From the sequence record PZ445551.1: 64,000 nucleotides of DNA; one strand, written 5' to 3'. The notes below the pieces were generated by a model that ran no database searches, was not told where the DNA came from, and saw only the letters and a program-made list of their open reading frames with translations. Origin of the DNA: a phage. The translations under genes were made by a program, and so were the position numbers. This document shows, in pieces, positions 1 to 9,451 of the stretch (position 1 is its first letter; the number at the start of each line of letters is the position of its first letter).

Positions 1-44
1 TTGAAGTTCATAAAGCTCTTCTTGAATCTTAGCAACAGAACCAT
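1..44 (-). CDS. hypothetical protein, N-terminal fragment only (gene continues past window start)
   Basis: ATG near 44 with SD-like AAAGAGGAA upstream on minus strand; frame runs off the window. Confidence 0.25.
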   Translation of the reverse strand, partial: MVLLLRFKKSFMNF

Positions 45-94
45 ATTCCTCTTTGCTAATCTCCTTCAAATGATACCCTGCCACTTTAACCCCC

Positions 95-1831
95 TTAGTT
101 TACCAGTTTATTTATATCTGGTAAAAGATTTATTTCACCTAAGAAATCACCTTCACCTTCCTCTAGCCAACTCTCATATGCTTGTGCATGATTATAGTTA
201 CCATCAAAAGAATCTGCAACAAATTTTTCTACAGTTTTTCGAGATGTGCCAGCACCAAATACACCAAGTTTAATACCATTGATCGGTAAAGTGGTACTTG
301 TGGGTACTTTCTCTGTTGCAACACGGTTGATATCTATAATCTCCTGTACGGTTGTGTTCCATTGTAAGCATTTAACACAACGGGTATGCGCTACATACAG
401 TAGGTTTCGCTCTGCCTCTTCCAGTCCTACCCATTCACCAGTCTTTTTATCATAGTTGGAAGGAAAATCATTAGCAACAATAACCTGATCCCACTCCAAA
501 CCTTTAGACTTGTGTGCTGTAGTCAGTGTGACTTTTGCTGTAGGAGAATTTCTATGCGTTCTAAGTGTATGTGCTATAGTGTTTGCCTTACCAGAAACTA
601 CGATGTTTAACAAGCGTTTAGCATCTGGATCAGCCTCTGCACACTCAACAAATTCATCCCAGTCTGCGTAAGGTAATACAGTTTCATGTTTTACTTTCTC
701 AATATCTCCTCTACGAAGAGCATTAACACTATCTACCATAGAGATAAAATCCCTGGTATCTACGTTAATAATAATTTCTTCCCCATCTGCAATACGATCC
801 ATTGCCTCCATAAGCAAGGTTAAATTCTTGCGAAAGATGATAGTGTAAGGTTTTGTATAGTCTACAACATCTGATTTGTAGCTACCTACTACAGTATCAA
901 AGCCTTTACCAACCAAAGGGTGACGCAAAGGTTCTTTATCGCTTAAAATCATATTGGCAATGTTTGCCACTTTGGGGCCAAAACGGAAGCAAGCAGTTAA
1001 TGGAAGCTCTGCCCCATATGTAGATGTTTCCTTCATCATATTTTGGCTTCCACGGAACTGGTAGATGCTCTGATATTCGTCACCCACCACTACTACTTGT
1101 TTTGCAGATTTAGCATTTCGCAGAATAGACAAGAATGCAGGGTTAACATCCTGGAATTCATCACCAAAAATAATATCATAACCAAGATCAGCACCAGACA
1201 ATTCAAACAATTTTACATAGGTGTCATGCGTCATCAAAGTATCTGTGTTAGGATCGATGCGCTCTCGCCACAATTGTTTTGCATACTTAACTACTTCTGT
1301 AATTAGTTTGTGTTCGTTAATACCTTTTCTTTTAATATCTGCAAGATGTACACCAGGAAAATGTTTACGGCTGATAAAAGGATCATCCGAAAATTCAAAC
1401 TTACCTACGGTTTGTTTGATCATTAAACCAATCATAGCACGAGTTAACAGTGTTTTCCCTCGTTTATCAATAAGATTATTAATCTTAAATTTCTTTGCTA
1501 TTTCGCTACCTGTACCTGCAACGTTAACATACTGTCCTTCTGGTCGTGACAGTTTTGCACGTAAACGATGATCCAGGAATTGATAGCAAATAGAATGCAA
1601 TGTACGGCATTCTACATTTAGTGGCATCTTACGCCGTGCTTCTTCTGCCATGCTTTTATTGAAAGCTAAGTAAAGAATGCGATCTTCTGTACTGTTAGCC
1701 AGCAAATAAAGTGTTGACGTTTTGCCTGATCCAGATTTAGCTTGGATAGTTAAAAAGCGATGGTCTGGAAAAGCCTCCTTAATAGCTGTTTGCTCTTCTG
1801 TTGGAGTGAAGCTCAACTCTTTCTTAGCCAT
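95..1831 (-). CDS. UvrD/PcrA/Rep-like superfamily 1 DNA helicase
   Basis: Walker A AKSGSGKTST, DEFQD box, GDEYQSIYQFRG motif, TAHKSKGLEWD; start refined to MAKKELSF with SD GAGAGG. Confidence 0.85.
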   Translation of the reverse strand: MAKKELSFTPTEEQTAIKEAFPDHRFLTIQAKSGSGKTSTLYLLANSTEDRILYLAFNKSMAEEARRKMPLNVECRTLHSICYQFLDHRLRAKLSRPEGQYVNVAGTGSEIAKKFKINNLIDKRGKTLLTRAMIGLMIKQTVGKFEFSDDPFISRKHFPGVHLADIKRKGINEHKLITEVVKYAKQLWRERIDPNTDTLMTHDTYVKLFELSGADLGYDIIFGDEFQDVNPAFLSILRNAKSAKQVVVVGDEYQSIYQFRGSQNMMKETSTYGAELPLTACFRFGPKVANIANMILSDKEPLRHPLVGKGFDTVVGSYKSDVVDYTKPYTIIFRKNLTLLMEAMDRIADGEEIIINVDTRDFISMVDSVNALRRGDIEKVKHETVLPYADWDEFVECAEADPDAKRLLNIVVSGKANTIAHTLRTHRNSPTAKVTLTTAHKSKGLEWDQVIVANDFPSNYDKKTGEWVGLEEAERNLLYVAHTRCVKCLQWNTTVQEIIDINRVATEKVPTSTTLPINGIKLGVFGAGTSRKTVEKFVADSFDGNYNHAQAYESWLEEGEGDFLGEINLLPDINKLVN

Positions 1832-1832
1832 T

Positions 1833-2309
1833 TCAACCTCTCTTAATTTGTTTAACAAGCATAGGAACAAAATCTCGTTTTAAAATTTGTTCAATAATAT
1901 GATCAGGTAGCTGTTGGAAATTATAATTAAAAGCTACTGTCTCACCTTTAGGTGTTTCTACCCGCACATATAACATGTTACGAAGTTTATCCACTTGTGC
2001 TGTGTATTCTAAACCATGTAATTGATGTAATGCAAACATCAAATCATCAGTTTCAGTTTGGAATCTATCCCTTCCCTGCATCAAGGACAAGGAAAAAGGT
2101 AGATTTTCCCTAAGAGCCACCTTCTTAGGCACTAGTGAAGGGAAATACTCCCCAATAACTTCCTGTGTAAGCTGAATACACTCTTTTTCAAGCTGGTTTT
2201 GTTCCTTGAGTTCACAAACACTCTTTTGTAAAGTGTTAACCTCTTTTTGCAAAGCTGCTAGTTGAGCACTTAACTTTCTTTTTTGATTACGACCAAAACG
2301 TTTAGACAT
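1833..2309 (-). CDS. hypothetical protein (158 aa, coiled-coil-like N-terminus)
   Basis: ORF in tightly packed same-strand block; no recognisable motif. Confidence 0.55.
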   Translation of the reverse strand: MSKRFGRNQKRKLSAQLAALQKEVNTLQKSVCELKEQNQLEKECIQLTQEVIGEYFPSLVPKKVALRENLPFSLSLMQGRDRFQTETDDLMFALHQLHGLEYTAQVDKLRNMLYVRVETPKGETVAFNYNFQQLPDHIIEQILKRDFVPMLVKQIKRG

Positions 2310-2317
2310 ATTTCCCC

Positions 2318-2833
2318 CTAGTAAAACCCTTTAACAATCTGTATTAACTCGGCACAACGGTTGACCAACTTTTCCTCATACAATACACGTTGTGGCATAT
2401 GTTGTATAATATACTCCATTTGCTCATGCCATGTCCACTTTTCTTTTTTGTCTGGGATAACATCACTAGCACGAGAATTATCTTTTAATGTTTGTATAAT
2501 CCAATTGCTTGGAAAGTGCTCTCCACCTTTCTTAAATGGTTTATAGTGGCCTAGAGTGAATTGAGAATCCCCTGTTAGAGCACCCAATTTATTTAGATGG
2601 ATAATCAAACTACGAAACACATAGTATTCATAGATGTTATCCACCGTATAGCAAGCATAATATTTCAAGATGCCCTTATCTCGCGGATACTTACCAACAT
2701 CCAGATTGCACCAGTTGACATTTTCTGGATCATAGTGGTGTTCCTTAAGCCATATTTCTCTTTCATCAAAGTCTGGATATATTACCGCTCTGCTTACAGA
2801 GTCAACAAGTGGAGATTGAGCATCAAAAAACAT
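2318..2833 (-). CDS. hypothetical protein (171 aa)
   Basis: ORF in tightly packed same-strand block. Confidence 0.55.
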   Translation of the reverse strand: MFFDAQSPLVDSVSRAVIYPDFDEREIWLKEHHYDPENVNWCNLDVGKYPRDKGILKYYACYTVDNIYEYYVFRSLIIHLNKLGALTGDSQFTLGHYKPFKKGGEHFPSNWIIQTLKDNSRASDVIPDKKEKWTWHEQMEYIIQHMPQRVLYEEKLVNRCAELIQIVKGFY

Positions 2834-2854
2834 TATATTTTCCTTATTGGTTTG

Positions 2855-3220
2855 TTAAACGTTTTCTAAATCTTTTAAGGCATTACCCAACGTTAGAACA
2901 ATAACATCGTTTGCTGCCTCTTCCCCATTGATATTGGTGAAATTTGGTGTGACAAAAGTAACCATATAAAACTCGTCCACCTGGAAGATAGCAATAACAC
3001 CATCCATCTTAACATCTTGACGAAAGGAAAAACCAATCATCTTCTCTTGCAAAGGCATATCCCCTTCCTTCATTACCGCTAGGGAGTTTTCAGGAATGTT
3101 ATATTTATCTGCTCCGATGTAGATGTACGTAATGTTATCTTTATCGTGATGATACAGGGTTGCTTTTTCCATATCTAAACCTGACAGATCAAATACGTTA
3201 ATTTCTTGTGTAGTCTTCAT
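2855..3220 (-). CDS. hypothetical protein (121 aa)
   Basis: Start refined to MKTTQEINV with SD GGGAGGA; short overlap with upstream gene. Confidence 0.5.
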   Translation of the reverse strand: MKTTQEINVFDLSGLDMEKATLYHHDKDNITYIYIGADKYNIPENSLAVMKEGDMPLQEKMIGFSFRQDVKMDGVIAIFQVDEFYMVTFVTPNFTNINGEEAANDVIVLTLGNALKDLENV

Positions 3221-3584
3221 AAATATCCTCCCAAATCCAATAATCATCTGTGTAAGTAGGATGCCTTTTATCCCACTCTGTTCTAGCCCAAGCAACCGCT
3301 GCTACCAACACATCACCATGACAAGGTTGAGGTGAGCAGAAGCAAACTAAGTCTTTCCCTTCTAATTCTAACAAATCCTCAAGAGTGATTTTACCACAAC
3401 GAATTTGTTCCCACAACCACTCTTTATATCTTTGTATAGTTGATCCTCGTGGTTCATCATCCTTTAACTTAAAAGGATTTGCAAACTTTGAGGCTTTTAA
3501 CCCCATATGAGGCATAGCTCTGCCAATGTACACTGCACCTTCAGGTATTACTTTACCTAAGTGGTAAAAATTTAATACTTTCAT
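3198..3584 (-). CDS. DUF4326-like protein
   Basis: Motifs VYIGRAMP, ANPF and LVCFCSPQPCHGDVLV resemble DUF4326 as recalled; TAATATG coupling with upstream gene. Confidence 0.6.
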   Translation of the reverse strand: MKVLNFYHLGKVIPEGAVYIGRAMPHMGLKASKFANPFKLKDDEPRGSTIQRYKEWLWEQIRCGKITLEDLLELEGKDLVCFCSPQPCHGDVLVAAVAWARTEWDKRHPTYTDDYWIWEDIYEDYTRN

Positions 3585-3585
3585 A

Positions 3586-3936
3586 TTAACCCAAACACAT
3601 TTGTGCAATCAAGCCCTGTATAAATTTATTAGCTTCTTTACTGTCGTAGTCAGTCTCTTCTGGATATCCATCTTCATCGTACACAACTGTACCTTCAATA
3701 TACCCTGCCTCAATTAAGGCGCGGATCATATCAAATTGCCAGCATGAGTTACCAAATGGACGTTTACCATTAAAACACTCTTCTTCTCTCCATAACGTAG
3801 AGAGTAGTTGTCGGAAATATTCCCGTACAGTGACAGTACCAAGATCTGAATCCTCAAACATAACATCCAGGGCATCAGGATTGCTTTTCTCTACATAAGG
3901 GATATATTTAACACCATTAATAGTTACATCAAGCAT
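3586..3936 (-). CDS. hypothetical protein (116 aa)
   Basis: ORF in same-strand block. Confidence 0.55.
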   Translation of the reverse strand: MLDVTINGVKYIPYVEKSNPDALDVMFEDSDLGTVTVREYFRQLLSTLWREEECFNGKRPFGNSCWQFDMIRALIEAGYIEGTVVYDEDGYPEETDYDSKEANKFIQGLIAQMCLG

Positions 3937-4299
3937 TTATTTCTCCTTATCATCATATTCTAAGAACATATCTGCACGATATGCTTTACGCTCTTCAAAC
4001 TTAGCAGGATCTACAACAATAAGCAATACAAGGTTAACATCTAAATACTTCTTAACAAATAGAAATAAATCTTTTCCACAGTTAAAACCTACACCAGTAT
4101 AGGCATCCCCATATTGATCTACTGATTTAATCTTCTTACTAACCGTACACTCTATGCTATTCTTTTCTTCTTGGTATAAGGCTTTCCCACCCCAATATGT
4201 AAAGAATTTAGTACCGTCAGCACCAAGTTTAAAACCCTCTGTTGCATGTCCCGCAAATGAAAGTAAACATAACCAAGTGATCATCAGGTACTTTAGCAT
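3937..4299 (-). CDS. putative secreted protein or lipoprotein (signal peptide MLKYLMITWLCLLSFAGHA)
   Basis: Hydrophobic N-terminal signal-like segment; start refined to internal ATG adjacent to upstream stop. Confidence 0.5.
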   Translation of the reverse strand: MLKYLMITWLCLLSFAGHATEGFKLGADGTKFFTYWGGKALYQEEKNSIECTVSKKIKSVDQYGDAYTGVGFNCGKDLFLFVKKYLDVNLVLLIVVDPAKFEERKAYRADMFLEYDDKEK

Positions 4300-4300
4300 T

Positions 4301-4783
4301 TTAACCACCCAATTGCAAATGTTTAGAAAGAACAATATCCCACTGATCACCACAACCGTTATCTATGCGGAACATAATGTACGTATCATCTTCTTCTACG
4401 ACATATAATACCTCATAGGAATTACAACAGCCTTCCCAATTTTTAACAGCCTCTGGTGTATCATGTGTAAAAATTTCATTACCATCATATGACCAAAACA
4501 AAGGGGTAAGGTTTTCGAAGGTCAGTGAAGTAGGGTTTACTTCATCTTTAACTGCTTCCTCATATTCTTTATGCGTTTGTACTGCTTTAGTTAGTGTACT
4601 CATGTCTATCTCCTTTTCTCCTTCTTGACTATGGAGGATAGCAAACTCTCTAAACTCCACTTCACGCCATGTTTTCAGGTAGTGCTTTATAATTTTATCA
4701 ACATCTGCCTGTTCAACATTACTTTTCAAGCAATAGTAATCATGGTCTTCGCCCATTCTACCCCATATGCTATACATTGTCAT
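4301..4783 (-). CDS. hypothetical protein (160 aa)
   Basis: ORF in same-strand block. Confidence 0.55.
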   Translation of the reverse strand: MTMYSIWGRMGEDHDYYCLKSNVEQADVDKIIKHYLKTWREVEFREFAILHSQEGEKEIDMSTLTKAVQTHKEYEEAVKDEVNPTSLTFENLTPLFWSYDGNEIFTHDTPEAVKNWEGCCNSYEVLYVVEEDDTYIMFRIDNGCGDQWDIVLSKHLQLGG

Positions 4784-5051
4784 CTGATTGATCCTTTACA
4801 TTGTTCTTGGCATACACAGGAATAACATCATTGTGATCTTTATTACTTTCATCTGTTAAAGCCCAAAACAACTTACCTGCTGGATGTTTAAAGATGTAAG
4901 CAATAGGTTCCTCTTCCTGGGCTTCTTTGCTACGGATACCATCCCGCCAGGCAAGCCAAGTGTAGATCATCACTTCTTGACGTTCTTCTTCGTTAGGCCA
5001 CATATGTGGTGGAAAGTTTTTATCAAACCATTGCTTAAATTCTTCAGTCAT
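4770..5051 (-). CDS. hypothetical protein (93 aa)
   Basis: ORF in same-strand block. Confidence 0.5.
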   Translation of the reverse strand: MTEEFKQWFDKNFPPHMWPNEEERQEVMIYTWLAWRDGIRSKEAQEEEPIAYIFKHPAGKLFWALTDESNKDHNDVIPVYAKNNVKDQSDDNV

Positions 5052-5061
5052 AGTCTACTCC

Positions 5062-5226
5062 TTAGCGTACAAAGTTAACTTCTGCTTCTTTCAGCTTTGA
5101 CACTTCTACATAACCACCATGATCATCTTTAATCCATTCTTTTCCTTTACGGATGATAACAGGATATGTAGAGTGAGTAAGTTTAGGTACAGATCTTTTT
5201 GTTTTAGTGATAGAAATGTTTTGCAT
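5062..5226 (-). CDS. hypothetical small protein (about 54 aa)
   Basis: Not in ORF track; ATG preceded by strong SD AAGGAGAC on minus strand; coordinates approximate. Confidence 0.4.
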   Translation of the reverse strand: MQNISITKTKRSVPKLTHSTYPVIIRKGKEWIKDDHGGYVEVSKLKEAEVNFVR

Positions 5227-5286
5227 AGTAGTCTCCTTAGTAAATTTTACATAGAGTCTAGATTATTTAGTAGATAGAGTCAATAA

Positions 5287-5553
5287 CTAATTACTGTTAG
5301 ATCTGTATTCTGTCTTCCATTCACAATGGTAAACTTCAACAGGTTCTAACTTCCAATGTTCAGGAACTAATTCAGGGCAATATCTACAAAAGAGAAATAG
5401 ATAGATAACTAAGACAGGTATTAAATAGTAAAATGGTATACGATCATAACCATACTTACGAGATAACATGTAGACATATAGATAGGGTATAACAATTAAT
5501 CCTATAACTATAAGTAAGAAGAGAAGTATAAACCTTAGTGTAGTAACATCCAT
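5287..5553 (-). CDS. small membrane protein (88 aa, two hydrophobic helices)
   Basis: Hydrophobic stretches LLFLLIVIGLIVIPYLYV and LIPVLVIYLFLF. Confidence 0.5.
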   Translation of the reverse strand: MDVTTLRFILLFLLIVIGLIVIPYLYVYMLSRKYGYDRIPFYYLIPVLVIYLFLFCRYCPELVPEHWKLEPVEVYHCEWKTEYRSNSN

Positions 5554-5600
5554 AGTATTCTCCTATACAGTAATATACTCTGTTCCTGCCCCTCCATGAG

Positions 5601-5690
5601 TGACAGGAACAATATCTATAGAGAATACTAACTCGCTTCGCTCGTCACCTTTCAGGTTTAGGGTAGCATGTTTTTCTGAAAAAGTCAATA
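5601..5690. repeat. conserved noncoding element, copy 1
   Basis: CTCGCTTCGCTCG...TTAGGGTAGCATGTTTTTCTGAAAAAGTCAA in intergenic gap of leftward block. Confidence 0.55.
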
Positions 5691-5717
5691 CTCTCCACAA
5701 AACTTTACAAAATACTT

Positions 5718-5990
5718 TTACATAGGTACAACAGAGTCTGTTTTGAAGTCGTACATATGATTTACACCTGTGATTTTTGACATAGAGATTGCACGTTTAG
5801 CACCTGCAATTACCTGGTCTGTCTTCTTAATCTCTTTACGGAACTTACGTACAGTTAAAGAGAAGAAACGATGATCCATCCATTGACGATTCACACGATC
5901 ACGCTTGAAGTGACGGAAATCTTCAATCTGTTTATTGCGCAATCGGCGCAGTACATGCAATAGTTGATAGTAAGGGTGTTTATTTTTCAT
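5718..5990 (-). CDS. hypothetical basic protein (90 aa)
   Basis: ORF in same-strand block; Arg/Lys rich. Confidence 0.5.
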   Translation of the reverse strand: MKNKHPYYQLLHVLRRLRNKQIEDFRHFKRDRVNRQWMDHRFFSLTVRKFRKEIKKTDQVIAGAKRAISMSKITGVNHMYDFKTDSVVPM

Positions 5991-5993
5991 AAT

Positions 5994-6422
5994 TTATTCT
6001 CCAAATCGAAAATCGTCAATATCATCAAACCATACACAATGGCGAGTCCTTTCTTTTTCTGTTGCAGACATTGTTTCAACAGCTTTAGGACTAAGTACAA
6101 CAGGAATGTAACGAACAGGTCGTTCATAATAGTAGCCATACTTTTCTGTATTAGCTGCCTCAAAGACTTTACGGCGTTCTTCAAGATCTTCTATGGTGAA
6201 TCCTACCATATAACCATCATGTTTGCTACCCCATCCTTCCTCACTTTCAACAATCGGGATATAAAAGCCGTTACGCGTCCCTGACGCTGGTTCTTCTTGA
6301 GCCTGAAGGCAAGCCTCCCATCCTGCTTTAAAGACGTTATAGAGCGATTTACGCACGTTATGAGTGCCGCTTTCGCTTGCTGGATAGAGTTCATTAAACT
6401 TGTCTTGGATTTGTTGTGTCAT
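5994..6422 (-). CDS. hypothetical protein (142 aa)
   Basis: ORF in same-strand block. Confidence 0.55.
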   Translation of the reverse strand: MTQQIQDKFNELYPASESGTHNVRKSLYNVFKAGWEACLQAQEEPASGTRNGFYIPIVESEEGWGSKHDGYMVGFTIEDLEERRKVFEAANTEKYGYYYERPVRYIPVVLSPKAVETMSATEKERTRHCVWFDDIDDFRFGE

Positions 6423-6565
6423 ACTCGCCCCTTAGTGATTATTTGACCAGCTAAACAAATAGCTTGTAGTACAATAAAGAAGTAGCCTAATTTTACACTA
6501 CCCAATACCCAGAATGCAATGTTTGCAAACAAACAAAAAGCAATATTAAGTCTAAAGAATAACAT
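6419..6565 (-). CDS. small hydrophobic peptide (about 48 aa)
   Basis: Not in ORF track; hydrophobic sequence, ATGA overlap with downstream gene; approximate coordinates. Confidence 0.3.
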   Translation of the reverse strand: MLFFRLNIAFCLFANIAFWVLGSVKLGYFFIVLQAICLAGQIITKGRV

Positions 6566-6766
6566 TTAATCCCCTTCATATTTAGGTAAAGGCATATATG
6601 CCACAATGGGAGGGTAATCAAAGTGAAAATGATGGTTCACCACAATAATCTTACCAGACATACTTTTATGCACTTCACAATACCCTTTTCCACCATCTTC
6701 CATTACCACCACATACTCACCTAGTGGGATATCGTATGGGTCTTCTACTTTCACCCATTCTGTCAT
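6566..6766 (-). CDS. hypothetical protein (66 aa)
   Basis: Start refined to MTEWVKV with SD GAGGAG; ATGA overlap with upstream small ORF. Confidence 0.5.
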   Translation of the reverse strand: MTEWVKVEDPYDIPLGEYVVVMEDGGKGYCEVHKSMSGKIIVVNHHFHFDYPPIVAYMPLPKYEGD

Positions 6767-6918
6767 TTTGTAAACTCCTCGTAGTAAGGTAAAGCCTTGA
6801 TTAGTTGTTCTGAAGTGCCATTTTGCACCCACGTAACACCATTGTCAACAGAAACATACCCTTTTTTGTCAATAAATTTACGCAGACAGCCAGTGAACTT
6901 ATTTTTGTAGATAGCCAT
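6763..6918 (-). CDS. hypothetical small protein (about 51 aa)
   Basis: Not in ORF track; SD AAGGAG upstream of ATG; approximate coordinates. Confidence 0.4.
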   Translation of the reverse strand: MAIYKNKFTGCLRKFIDKKGYVSVDNGVTWVQNGTSEQLIKALPYYEEFTK

Positions 6919-6930
6919 GTTTACTCCTTG

Positions 6931-7284
6931 TTACATCCACAGATTATGAAAATACTTAGCAAACAAAATACGACCTTCTAAACGATCTTGCCGCTGTTTT
7001 TCATTAACTTCTTCTGGTGGAGTTGAGTCCTTAAAAGAAGACTCCATTTTTTCAAGAATTTCTAACCAGTGTTCTGCTGCTCGTTCTTCCATATAAGGTA
7101 GATAGTCACCTTTAGCGTGTGGGTACATCCGACGAAGTAACCCACTAGGAATTTTAACATTGTTTGTGGCTATCACTTTTGCACGATACGCAGAAAGTGC
7201 ATTGTAGATCAGTTTACTTAGTGTCACATCCAGATCAAGAAGATCACTCTCTTCAAATTGAATTTCATCGTGTACAATTTTCAT
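6931..7284 (-). CDS. hypothetical protein (117 aa)
   Basis: ORF in same-strand block. Confidence 0.55.
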   Translation of the reverse strand: MKIVHDEIQFEESDLLDLDVTLSKLIYNALSAYRAKVIATNNVKIPSGLLRRMYPHAKGDYLPYMEERAAEHWLEILEKMESSFKDSTPPEEVNEKQRQDRLEGRILFAKYFHNLWM

Positions 7285-7568
7285 CGTGCCTTCTCCCGAT
7301 CTGCATCTAATTTCAACAAGAAAGCTGTATACTCTTCCGAACCTTGGTGTAAAAACATGTGATAAGAGCTTACCAGTTTCTTCGTTGTTGTATAACGTTC
7401 CATTTCCCCAACAACACCTCCACCTAGTGTGTAGAGCACAATACCTTCAACTCCAACATAGGTTACTACTTCAACCAAGTCTGTGTTATCCCAATAGTAG
7501 TTAGGTGACACAATAAGATCGCCCACTGCCAGTTTAATGTTTGCTACTTCGTCTTGTGAATAATACAT
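7281..7568 (-). CDS. hypothetical protein (95 aa)
   Basis: ORF in same-strand block; ATGA overlap. Confidence 0.55.
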   Translation of the reverse strand: MYYSQDEVANIKLAVGDLIVSPNYYWDNTDLVEVVTYVGVEGIVLYTLGGGVVGEMERYTTTKKLVSSYHMFLHQGSEEYTAFLLKLDADREKAR

Positions 7569-7580
7569 TTGGTTCTCCTC

Positions 7581-7871
7581 TCACATTAAGACACGTTTTG
7601 TGTTGATGGGTGCATTATCAAACATGTTTATCACTTTGTCAAGTTTGTGTATTAACTCGTTCGTAATGTTCCACTCTTTGTATGATCTCCATTGTTTCTT
7701 ATTCTCACCTACCTGGTGTAAAACTTTGATTGGTGCATTCAAACGTACATTGCGTTCTTTGTCCTCTTCAAAAGAGGCTAACCATTTTTCGTTATGTCCA
7801 TGAACAGCAATAATAATGCCAAAACCATCAAAAGTTTCTGTAATATTCTTAGTTGCTAGTGTGATGTTCAT
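7581..7871 (-). CDS. hypothetical protein (96 aa)
   Basis: First gene of leftward block next to divergent promoter region. Confidence 0.55.
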   Translation of the reverse strand: MNITLATKNITETFDGFGIIIAVHGHNEKWLASFEEDKERNVRLNAPIKVLHQVGENKKQWRSYKEWNITNELIHKLDKVINMFDNAPINTKRVLM

Positions 7872-7929
7872 ATCTAACCTCTTTTGTTACGATACACACA
7901 GAGTACCAGAAATTAATTTCAGATCAAGT

Positions 7930-7958
7930 ATTGACATACTGTTTTATTGTGCTAATCT
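7930..7958 (+). promoter_or_regulatory. sigma70-like promoter for rightward block
   Basis: TTGACA, about 17 nt spacer, TAATCT; followed by SD GAGAGGAG and ATG at 7991. Confidence 0.45.
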
Positions 7959-7990
7959 TAATGCATACACAAATGAGAGGAGATAAACGA

Positions 7991-8542
7991 ATGCAAAACA
8001 CCGATCTGACTTGGATAGAAGCCAAAGAAGCAATGTTAAAAGGCAAACGCGTTAAACATAAATACTTTTGCGAAGGAGAATGGTTTGAAATGCGTAACCG
8101 ATCCCTTGTAGATGAAAAAGGGAATGACATGCAACAATGGTTCAAAAATGAAATTTGGCAGGGAACAGGTTGGTCTGTAGTTGAAGAGCAGCCTAGCTCA
8201 AGCGCACTGTTTAGCCCTATTATGTATCGCGTTATCGGTGCTTTAGTTGTTGATCACAGGATTGCAGTGGAAAAAGAATGCTGGGAAGAGGTATCTTTTT
8301 TCAACCTGGCTTCTTATGCAAAAAGCCATATGCACTTGTTTGAAGAAGGGGATGAATTTGTTCTTCGTATGCGCTATGGCAAAGAATTCAGATTATCACT
8401 TGATAATGATGTAGACACTGTTGTAAAATGGTTAGCAGAGCATTACGCTTACGATGCAATTTGTGGTCGCAGCTTCGGCAACGAACGCTGGGACATGATT
8501 TGTGAAAAATATGATTTTGAGCCGGAGTACGGAGTTTTATAA
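7991..8542 (+). CDS. hypothetical protein with DUF2829-like N-terminal domain
   Basis: N-terminus LTWIEAKEAMLKGKRVKHKYF..GEW resembles the DUF2829 pattern as recalled; start refined to ATG at 7991. Confidence 0.5.
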   Translation: MQNTDLTWIEAKEAMLKGKRVKHKYFCEGEWFEMRNRSLVDEKGNDMQQWFKNEIWQGTGWSVVEEQPSSSALFSPIMYRVIGALVVDHRIAVEKECWEEVSFFNLASYAKSHMHLFEEGDEFVLRMRYGKEFRLSLDNDVDTVVKWLAEHYAYDAICGRSFGNERWDMICEKYDFEPEYGVL

Positions 8543-8793
8543 TGTTAAGTATCAAACCTAAAATGATAACAGAAGACGAAGCAGACTTTATTTTCAAATG
8601 TGGACGTGTATGGAGAGAATTCACAAAAGGAAATGAAGTGGTGGTTGTTGTTGAACACAAGATATCTATTCAGGATCTGTTTGGACAATATGTTGATGTT
8701 ATTAAATTAGGTATTGACAAGGGTTTAGTTGAGGTGTTAACATTAGATCAAGTTGAAGCAGAGCACCTCAATAAAGTAGTGGTTGAATTTTAA
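8542..8793 (+). CDS. hypothetical protein (83 aa)
   Basis: ORF with TAATG coupling to upstream gene. Confidence 0.5.
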   Translation: MLSIKPKMITEDEADFIFKCGRVWREFTKGNEVVVVVEHKISIQDLFGQYVDVIKLGIDKGLVEVLTLDQVEAEHLNKVVVEF

Positions 8794-8813
8794 AATACAG
8801 ACGGGAGAAAGGT

Positions 8814-8987
8814 ATGAGTTTCTTTGTTACAGTATTTATGGCTATCTGGATTGTAGTCTCACTCGTTCTTTTCCTGGTGGGTTGTCTGGAAGAGATTAAG
8901 AAAGCGGTTATTTGCGGTTTCTTTGGCTTTATTATCTCTCCTGCCTGGATGTGGTTCTTCATTATTATTGGTTTCCTTAAAAGGTAA
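8814..8987 (+). CDS. small membrane protein (about 57 aa)
   Basis: Not in ORF track; two hydrophobic helices; SD GGGAGAAAGG upstream. Confidence 0.4.
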   Translation: MSFFVTVFMAIWIVVSLVLFLVGCLEEIKKAVICGFFGFIISPAWMWFFIIIGFLKR

Positions 8988-9001
8988 GTGAGGAATAAAG
9001 A

Positions 9002-9439
9002 ATGAGTAAAACAAACGCAATCGCAGATAAAGCAACTGATGTACTTCTGAACATGGTTAACGTCACTATTCAAACAATGAGTGATGTTGTAGAGTTTGGA
9101 AAACAACAAATTCCAGAAGTAATTCATCAATTATTAGTGTGGAAAGCAGTATCCGCAGGTTTATGGCAACTTTTTAGTATTTGCTTTATGTTTATTACTT
9201 TTATTGCTGTGCGGAACCTCGTAAAAGCAATTAAAGATAAAGAATGCCTGTGGTCACGAGATCGCTATGGTGAAGTATCTGCTTTACCTATTGTTGGCCT
9301 TGTTGTCTGTGCTTTCTTTTTCTTTTTAGGATTTGTTATTTTCTTTTCGAATTTTGATTGGCTAAAAATCATTATTGCACCAAAAGTGTATCTGATTGAA
9401 TTTGCTGCTGATTTAATTCGTTCATCTCAACAAAAATAA
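9002..9439 (+). CDS. membrane protein (145 aa)
   Basis: Multiple hydrophobic helices; SD GTGAGGAA upstream. Confidence 0.55.
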   Translation: MSKTNAIADKATDVLLNMVNVTIQTMSDVVEFGKQQIPEVIHQLLVWKAVSAGLWQLFSICFMFITFIAVRNLVKAIKDKECLWSRDRYGEVSALPIVGLVVCAFFFFLGFVIFFSNFDWLKIIIAPKVYLIEFAADLIRSSQQK

Positions 9440-9451
9440 AAGGGGTTTAAA

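Noticed and set aside
246-1571. Plus-strand ORFs (246-455, 1043-1306, 1221-1571) inside the helicase gene
   Set aside because: Fully embedded antisense to a well-supported helicase CDS with clear motifs; no SD or promoter context; typical shadow ORFs.
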